64,000 bases of DNA. It comes from Pirellulales bacterium. Its GTDB lineage: Bacteria; Planctomycetota; Planctomycetia; Pirellulales; JAICIG01. The stretch's first letter is position 1; each line of letters starts with the position of its first letter. Below are positions 57,950 to 64,000 of this stretch, piece after piece. The notes below the pieces were generated by a model, which saw only the letters and a list, made by a program, of their open reading frames with translations, made no database searches and was not told the origin of the DNA. Made by a program: the position numbers and the translations under genes. The stretch lies in assembly GCA_040901675.1 (NCBI GenBank), contig JBBDYJ010000001.1:43618-107617 (forward strand), read 5' to 3'.

Positions 57950-58580
57950 TTCACCACGGAGCCACCGATGGGACGAGACGATGAGGCGAGGGGGCGAGGG
58001 GGCGAAGAGGGGAGCGGGGGCCAGAGGTCAGAAGTCAGAGGTTCCGCCAAAGGCGGACTTTCGGCGGACCCTCCAGCGCGCGACCAAAGAACAAAGAGCC
58101 AAGATCCAAGCACCAAGACCCAAGTACCAAGATCCATTCTGACTTCTGTCCCTTGAATCACCGCAAATTGGGAAACAACTCAAAACTCAGCCAAGCAGCA
58201 CAGCGAACTTACCGTCTTCTTTTTGTGCCTTTTTGTGTTTCTCGTGGCCATCCTCTTCGTCCGTCCGTCGTCGTCTTTGCGGCTTCGCGCCTTTGCGTGC
58301 GGACGGCAAGGTTGACCGCAGAGGACGTAGAGACGCGCGGAGGAGGAAGGACGGAAGGCAGAAGGACAGTAGCCCTCACCCTCCGCGTGAAGTAGCTGAA
58401 ATCAGGGCGCGGGAGTCAGGCGTTCCACACGCGGCGGACTTCAGCCCAGTTCCGCCTGCGGCGGACTTGCAGCCCAGAAGGGCGAGCCACCGCGGAGCGA
58501 GTGGACCACACTAAAGAGGCAGACCTGGTTACCTGCTAGTTGCTGGTCGCCAGAAACCAGCAACCAGCAACCAGCAACTT
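57950..58580. repeat. Mosaic of short 7-9-mer degenerate repeats and small palindromes
   Basis: GTCAGA(G/A), NNCCAAG x7, CTTT(G/T)GTG, CGCAGAG-type and ACCAGCA x3 arrays. Confidence 0.8.
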
Positions 58581-58581
58581 C

Positions 58582-58944
58582 CTAAATGAACTGGCCGCCG
58601 CTGAGATACCAGCCTTCGCCGCACGAGCGGCACCAGAGGATCCGGGTGCGAAGCTGCACGGAGTTGCCGTGCTTGCTGGGAATCGTCACGAGCACCTCGC
58701 CCGATTCCAGCGGCATCGAGTGCAGCAGCCCGATGCCGCTGAACGAAAGCTCGCGGGTAAAGGCCGAGAGCCGATGCCCCGGATCGCCGTTGAGGCTGAT
58801 GCTGACCAGCCTGAAAAACGGATGCCGGGCTTGCCCCCGCCGGTCCTCGAATGCCTCCTGCTTGGCTTCGTCGAGAAGCCGGCGGATCGTGTCGCCGAAG
58901 CGCGTTTTTTCGCCTGCCTGATCGGTCAATTGGCTGATGCGCAT
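58582..58944 (-). CDS. PilZ domain protein
   Basis: RRGQAR (RxxxR) and ELSFSG (variant of D/NxSxxG); AGGAGG SD before ATG 58944. Confidence 0.8.
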   Translation of the reverse strand: MRISQLTDQAGEKTRFGDTIRRLLDEAKQEAFEDRRGQARHPFFRLVSISLNGDPGHRLSAFTRELSFSGIGLLHSMPLESGEVLVTIPSKHGNSVQLRTRILWCRSCGEGWYLSGGQFI

Positions 58945-59129
58945 TGCAATGCCTCCTGTGCCACGAGATGCGACTAAACCGAATGGTCCGGATATGCCGG
59001 CAACTGCCGGGACTTCACTGCCGATTGGCAAGCACGTAAGTGAGGGGGACGTATCTGAACTCTAGCTCGAAAACCACCGGCGAGACGCCTGGCGGCCGGG
59101 ACCAAAGGGGGACAAGGAGTTAGCGTTGC

Positions 59130-60059
59130 TCAGAATGCCCGCCGCGAAGCTTCGATCAGTTGCCCGGCGCCCTGGGACAGCAACTGCTCGGCAACGGCCT
59201 GTCCGAGCTGCTCGGCCTGGTCGGGCGCGGCGGAGGCGGAGGCTTCGAGCCGGCGCGAGCCGTCGGCCGCCAGCACCACGCCGACGAGGTGCAAGAGGGC
59301 GTCCTCCCGCCGTCCCCAGGCGGCCACGGGAGCCAGGCAGCCCCCCCGCAAGGCGGCCAGCATGGCCCGCTCGGCCAGCACGGATTGCTGCGTGGCAAGA
59401 TCGTTCAAGGGCGCGAGCAAGCCGCGGGTGCCGCTGTCGTCTTCTCGGGCTTCGATGCCCAGGGCGCCTTGGCCGACGGCGGGCAGCATCAGGTTCCTGG
59501 GCAGGATTTGCGTGATCCGCCCGGCCAGGCCCAGCCGCACCAGGCCCGCCTCGGCCAGGACCAGCGCGTCGTACTGGCCCGCATCGAGCTTGGCCAGTCG
59601 GGTCTCGACGTTGCCGCGCACGTCGTGCATCACGAGGTCGCTTCGTGCATGCCAGAGTTGCGCCCGCCGCCGCAGGCTGCCGGTCCCGACCACGGCCTGG
59701 GGCGGCAACGTCTCCCACGATTCGGTCCGGCTGCTCACCAGCACGTCGCCGGCTGGCCCGCGCTGGGGCACGGCGGCCAGCACGATGCCGGCGACCGGTT
59801 CGGTGGGGAGATCCTTCAGGCTGTGTACCGCCAGGTCGATCTCGCCGGCCAGCAGCACCCGCTGGATGGCCTTGGTGAACACGCCCTGCGTGCCGATCGC
59901 CCCGATCGGTCCGCCCCAGTCCTGGTCGCCGTGGGTGGTCAAGGGCACCATCCGGACTTCGATGCCCTGCTGGGAGAGTTCCCGGGCGACCCAGTCGGCC
60001 TGCCAGCGGGCCAGCGGGCTGGCGCGCGTGCCCAGGCGAATCGTTGGAGCTGGCATCAA
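59130..60059 (-). CDS. hemC: Hydroxymethylbilane synthase (porphobilinogen deaminase)
   Basis: GTRASPLARWQA, AVHSLKDLP, GTGSLRR, RGNVETRL, LPAVGQGALG, GGC. Confidence 0.97.
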   Translation of the reverse strand: MMPAPTIRLGTRASPLARWQADWVARELSQQGIEVRMVPLTTHGDQDWGGPIGAIGTQGVFTKAIQRVLLAGEIDLAVHSLKDLPTEPVAGIVLAAVPQRGPAGDVLVSSRTESWETLPPQAVVGTGSLRRRAQLWHARSDLVMHDVRGNVETRLAKLDAGQYDALVLAEAGLVRLGLAGRITQILPRNLMLPAVGQGALGIEAREDDSGTRGLLAPLNDLATQQSVLAERAMLAALRGGCLAPVAAWGRREDALLHLVGVVLAADGSRRLEASASAAPDQAEQLGQAVAEQLLSQGAGQLIEASRRAF

Positions 60060-60072
60060 ATGCTGGCGAGGT

Positions 60073-60975
60073 TCAAGTGGCCGTTTCGAGGGTCCGCGGA
60101 ATCTGGTGCGGGGGCACCACCACGCCGCAACTGATCACGAACTGCAGGGCCTGGTCGATGGTCAGGTCCAGGTCGATCGTCTCGCTCTTGGGCACCGTGA
60201 CGATGTACCCGGTGATCGACATCGGCGAGGCGGGGATCATCAGCGAGAGCATCGGCTCGTTGGTGGCCGAGCGGATGTCCAACAAGCTTTCGCCGGTCAC
60301 AAAGCCCAGCGACCAGGTTCCCTTGCGGGGATACTCGACCGCCACGACCCGCTTGTACTCGATTTCCTTCTCGTTGAACATGAAGTCGGTGACCTGCTTC
60401 ACCGAGCCGTAGACGATCCGCACCAGCGGCAGGCGATGGATGCCCCGTTCGAACAGGTTCCAGAACATGCCGCCGATCCCGGCCGCCATGAACTTGCCCA
60501 ACAGGTACAACAGCAGGATGAAGACGCAGACGAACAGCGGAACCACCCGTTGCGGCTGCAAATAAACCACCTCCGCGTAGCGGCGATAGATCTCGCTGCG
60601 GTCGCCGGTGCGCAGCACCGCGCTGGCGTCGTTGCGCAGCCTGCGCAACACTTCCCGCGGAATGTAAATGCCGTTGCCCAGCCGGACGTACACTTCGCCG
60701 CCGGCCAGCTCGATCTCGCTGGGCGCCTCGCCGACCGTGGTCGGCGCGTTGGCCAGCTTCCGCTGGTCCTGCTTGTTCCAGTACCAGGCGATGATGTTGC
60801 GCGTGCCGAGGGTCACCGGCTCCAACGCGTACTGCTGGATCGTCCCCAGCACCCAGAGAAAAATGACGATCGTCAAGAGCGGCGGCAGCACCACCCCCAA
60901 ACCGCGCAGCACGGCCCGGCGAAACGGGTACGACCAGGACTGGCGGCGCCTTAATCGTGGATTGACCGGTGGCAT
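60073..60975 (-). CDS. DUF502 family membrane protein
   Basis: GLGVVLPPLLT, LPLVRIVYGSVKQ, VEYPRKG, ISCGVV. Confidence 0.88.
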   Translation of the reverse strand: MPPVNPRLRRRQSWSYPFRRAVLRGLGVVLPPLLTIVIFLWVLGTIQQYALEPVTLGTRNIIAWYWNKQDQRKLANAPTTVGEAPSEIELAGGEVYVRLGNGIYIPREVLRRLRNDASAVLRTGDRSEIYRRYAEVVYLQPQRVVPLFVCVFILLLYLLGKFMAAGIGGMFWNLFERGIHRLPLVRIVYGSVKQVTDFMFNEKEIEYKRVVAVEYPRKGTWSLGFVTGESLLDIRSATNEPMLSLMIPASPMSITGYIVTVPKSETIDLDLTIDQALQFVISCGVVVPPHQIPRTLETAT

Positions 60976-61001
60976 GGCTGGCTTCTCGTACGCCCTCCGC
61001 A

Positions 61002-61030
61002 ATTATACGACTTTCCAGCGCCGGGCTGAA
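61002..61030 (-). promoter_or_regulatory. Putative promoter for DUF502-hemC
   Basis: Perfect TATAAT on the minus strand at 61002-61007 with weak -35 TTCAGC at 17 nt. Confidence 0.45.
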
Positions 61031-61031
61031 A

Positions 61032-61883
61032 TCACCGGGGCACCGCGTCCGGCAAACCCGTTTGCGCCACCACCACCAGGGCCGTCGCCGAGGCGCCTGC
61101 CCGCCTGAGCTCCCTGGCCGCCTCGCTCGAAGTGGCCCCGCTGGTCAGGATATCGTCGACCAGCAGCACCCGCGCCTGTTCGAAGCGGACCCCGGCCGGC
61201 ACCGCGAATGCCCGCCGCAGATTGATCCGCCGGGCCGTCCGCGTCAGCGGACCCTGCTGCCGCGTTTTTCGCCGCCGCACGAGGGCCTTGGGAGCATGCG
61301 GCACCTCGAGCCGCCGGGCCAGCACGCCCGATACGACCTGCGGACTGTTCGTGCCCCGCGCCAGCCGCCGAGTCCAGTGCATCGGAACCGGCAGCACCAC
61401 GTCGGGCCGCCAGCCAGCCAGCTCCGCCCCCACCCGCCGCCACAGCAGCTCGGCCATGGCCGCCGACAGCGGTTCCTCCTCGACGTGTTTCATTCGCAGC
61501 ACCAAGGCCCTGAGAGAGCCGTCGTAGGCGCCCAGGCACCAGACGCGCTGGACGGCGCCGCGGCGGCCCCGGACTTCGGAGTTCGGCGAGCTCAGTCGAG
61601 TCGCGAGCTCAGTCGAGCCGCAGGCCGGGCAGCCGGTGTCGGCATGGTCCGGAGGCAACTCGGCGCCGCAGCGCGGGCAGCGTTCGCCCGCTCCGGCCAG
61701 CGCTTCCTTGTTGCACTCGGCACAGAATGGTCCGGCCGCGGGGTCCACGAGCTCGGCGTCGCAAGCGGCGCAGCGGGGCGAAAACACCAGGTCGCACAAG
61801 CCACCCGCCAGGCTGGCCGTGCCGGCCAGCAGGCGCAAGAATCGGCCTCGTGCAGCTTGCATGGTCGTCGGACTCGGCCACAT
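61032..61883 (-). CDS. comF: ComF family protein (double zinc ribbon + phosphoribosyltransferase)
   Basis: CAAC, CAEC, CPRC, CPAC; PVPMH; LLVDDILTSGAT; start 61883 or 61862. Confidence 0.9.
   Translation of the reverse strand: MWPSPTTMQAARGRFLRLLAGTASLAGGLCDLVFSPRCAACDAELVDPAAGPFCAECNKEALAGAGERCPRCGAELPPDHADTGCPACGSTELATRLSSPNSEVRGRRGAVQRVWCLGAYDGSLRALVLRMKHVEEEPLSAAMAELLWRRVGAELAGWRPDVVLPVPMHWTRRLARGTNSPQVVSGVLARRLEVPHAPKALVRRRKTRQQGPLTRTARRINLRRAFAVPAGVRFEQARVLLVDDILTSGATSSEAARELRRAGASATALVVVAQTGLPDAVPR
61572..61619. mobile_element. Two nested copies of a 24-bp element inserted in-frame in comF
   Basis: GACTTCG[GAGTTCGGCGAGCTCAGTCGAGTC]GCGAGCTCAGTCGAGCC; removal restores CPAC-RGRR. Confidence 0.7.
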
Positions 61884-61964
61884 AGGGGAACCCGTGAAGA
61901 TTTCCGGCATCGGTAAGCCGCAACCCATCTTATCCGGTCTGCCCTGCCTCGTGTACCGTGCTAG

Positions 61965-63326
61965 TTGACCGATGTTGACCCCCTGCAAGAATTGATTCAT
62001 AGTTGCACCGTGCGATCCTTGCCGAACAGACGCGAACAAGTGCTCCAGCGGCCCGTCGCTCACGGGGCCGACGGCATCAGCCAGCGCGCCCATCGGGCCA
62101 GCGGGCAGCCGATCAGCCGGCTGATGCACCAGGCGCTGGCCCACCCCGACTTGATTTCGCTGGCCGCCGGCTTCGTCGATCAGCAAACGCTGCCCCTCGA
62201 GCCCACCCGAAAGGCGCTCGACCGCCTCTGGTCCGATCCGGCCGGCGCCCGCGCCGCATTGCAGTATGGAACGACGCAGGGCTACCCGCCGCTGCGCGAG
62301 GCCCTGCTGGCCGATTTGCGCAAGGCCGACGGCGGCGGCCAGCCCGACGTGTCGGTCGACCAGGTCGTGGTGACGGCCGGCAGCAACCAGTTGCTGCACC
62401 TGCTGGCCGACACGCTGCTGGACCCCGGCGACATCGTGCTGTGTACGGCGCCCAGCTACTTTGTGTACCTTGGCATGTTGCGGAGCCTAGGCGTGCGCTC
62501 GGTGGGAGTGGTCAGCGATGAGAAGGGGATGGTGCCCGAGGCGCTCGAAGACAGCCTGCGCGCCATCGAGGCGGCCGGCGAGCTGGCGCGGGTCAAGGCG
62601 ATCTACCTCGTCAGTTATTTCGACAACCCGCGGGGCGTGACGCTGGCCGCCGAGCGGCGCGGCCCGGTCGTCGAGATCGCCAAGCGCTGGTCAATGGCCG
62701 GCAAGATTTACGTCATCGACGACGCGGCCTACCGCGAGCTGCGCTACGAAGGGCCCGATTTGCCCAGCCTGCTCGCGCACGATGCCGAGCGGGACACGGT
62801 GATCCTGGCCCAGACGTTTTCCAAGTGTTATTCGCCCGGCATCCGGCTGGGGTACGGCGTGCTGCCTCGGCAGCTCGTCCAGCCGGTCCTGGATCAAAAG
62901 GGGAACGCGGACTTCGGCTCGCCCAATTTCAATCAGCATCTCGTGGCCGCCCTGCTGGAGCAGAACCTGCTGGCGCCGCACGTCGAGCAACTGCGGTCGA
63001 ACTACCGCTCGAAGCTGGCGGCCATGCTCGAAGCGGCCGAGCAGTTTCTTTCGCCGCTGCCCGGCGTCCGCTGGCTGCGGCCGGCCGGCGGGCTGTACGT
63101 CTGGCTCGAGCTGCCGCCCGAGCTGCCGGCCGGGCCGGGCGGAGGCCTGGTCGAGCGGGCCCTGGCCGAAGGCGTGCTCTACGTGCCGGGCGAGTACTGC
63201 TACCCGGAAGAAGGAGCGGCGATCGAAGCCAACACCATCCGGCTCAGTTTCGGCGTCCAATCGCGCGAGCGGATACGCCTGGGCATCGAGGCCTTGGCGC
63301 GGGCCATCCGGAACTGCCTGGAGTAA
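61965..63326 (+). CDS. Class I PLP-dependent aminotransferase (LysN/MocR-AT-like)
   Basis: ISLAAG, LQYG, DNPRG, DDAY, TFSK, PGIRLG, GGLYVW, RLSF; start uncertain (61965-62040). Confidence 0.9.
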   Translation: MTDVDPLQELIHSCTVRSLPNRREQVLQRPVAHGADGISQRAHRASGQPISRLMHQALAHPDLISLAAGFVDQQTLPLEPTRKALDRLWSDPAGARAALQYGTTQGYPPLREALLADLRKADGGGQPDVSVDQVVVTAGSNQLLHLLADTLLDPGDIVLCTAPSYFVYLGMLRSLGVRSVGVVSDEKGMVPEALEDSLRAIEAAGELARVKAIYLVSYFDNPRGVTLAAERRGPVVEIAKRWSMAGKIYVIDDAAYRELRYEGPDLPSLLAHDAERDTVILAQTFSKCYSPGIRLGYGVLPRQLVQPVLDQKGNADFGSPNFNQHLVAALLEQNLLAPHVEQLRSNYRSKLAAMLEAAEQFLSPLPGVRWLRPAGGLYVWLELPPELPAGPGGGLVERALAEGVLYVPGEYCYPEEGAAIEANTIRLSFGVQSRERIRLGIEALARAIRNCLE

Positions 63327-63329
63327 GCC

Positions 63330-64000
63330 GTGCGGATCATCGACCGCTACCTGCTGCGGCAGTTCGTGCAGGTGTTTCTGATCTGCTTCACGAGCATCAC
63401 GGGGCTGTACCTGGTGTTCGACGCCTTCAGCAACCTCGACGAGTTCATGCGCTACACGGAAAAGGAAGGGGGCCTGCTGCTGGTGATGGGCGAGTTCTAC
63501 GCCTACCGGTCGATCTTCTTCTTCGACCGGGCCAGCGGCATGTTGACGATGATCGCGGGCATGTTCACCGTGACCTGGATCCAGCGGCACAACGAGCTGA
63601 CCGCCTTGCTGGCGGCGGGCATCTCGCGGACGCGCGTGATCCTGCCCATCGTGTGCGCGGCCGTGTCGATCAGCCTGCTGACGGCGGCCAACCGCGAGCT
63701 GGTCATTCCGCGGTTGGCGGGCGAATTGAGCAAGAACGCCAAGGACCTGCGCGGCGAAATGGGCCAGCAGCTCCGGCCCCGCTACGACAACGAAACCGTC
63801 ATCCTGATGCGCGGCCTGTTGACGTATGCCGCCGACCAACGGATCGAGAAGCCCAACTTCCTGCTGCCGGCCGAGCTGGACGACCTGGGCAGGCAACTGG
63901 CGGCGGCGAATGCCTACTACCATCCGGCCCGCGACGGCCGTGAAGCAGGCTACTTGCTGAAGGGAGTCACGCAGCCGCCCGGCCTGGCGAGCCACTCCTC
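63330..64000 (+). CDS. LptF/LptG family permease (partial, runs off the window)
   Basis: GTG start; RIIDRYLLRQF..., RHNELTALLAAGISRTR; absent from the ORF track because it has no stop. Confidence 0.9.
   Translation, partial: MRIIDRYLLRQFVQVFLICFTSITGLYLVFDAFSNLDEFMRYTEKEGGLLLVMGEFYAYRSIFFFDRASGMLTMIAGMFTVTWIQRHNELTALLAAGISRTRVILPIVCAAVSISLLTAANRELVIPRLAGELSKNAKDLRGEMGQQLRPRYDNETVILMRGLLTYAADQRIEKPNFLLPAELDDLGRQLAAANAYYHPARDGREAGYLLKGVTQPPGLASHS

Overview
High-GC bacterial chromosome segment, most likely from a Planctomycete (Pirellulales-like; inferred from missing L30, a long L17 and the gene content). Bases 1-14.7 kb hold the S10-spc-alpha ribosomal superoperon from rplW to rplQ, including secY, adk, map and rpoA; rpmD and infA are absent from their usual positions. 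Bases 14.7-30.3 kb hold housekeeping and envelope genes: a HEXXH protein, a lipoprotein, fba, kdsD-kdsC plus a giant LptC/LptA-like gene, a serine hydrolase, prpD, a Ser/Thr kinase, hemB and HU. Bases 30.9-55.3 kb form a tightly coupled 13-gene operon of unknown function: a giant PQQ-propeller/TPR protein, a secreted prenyltransferase-fold protein, MoxR, DUF58, two membrane vWA proteins, coiled-coil proteins, an NPCBM protein, and three tandem HtrA-like proteins of which only one keeps the catalytic triad. Bases 55.3-58.6 kb are an accessory islet with gene remnants, a DcaP-like porin and a mosaic of tiny repeats. The window ends with PilZ, hemC, DUF502, comF, a PLP aminotransferase and a partial lptF/G. 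The main candidates for new biology are the MoxR/vWA/HtrA operon with its pseudoprotease pair and a 24-bp element inserted in-frame in comF and nested inside another copy of itself at the same CG^GC target. All family assignments are by motif recognition only; no searches were run.
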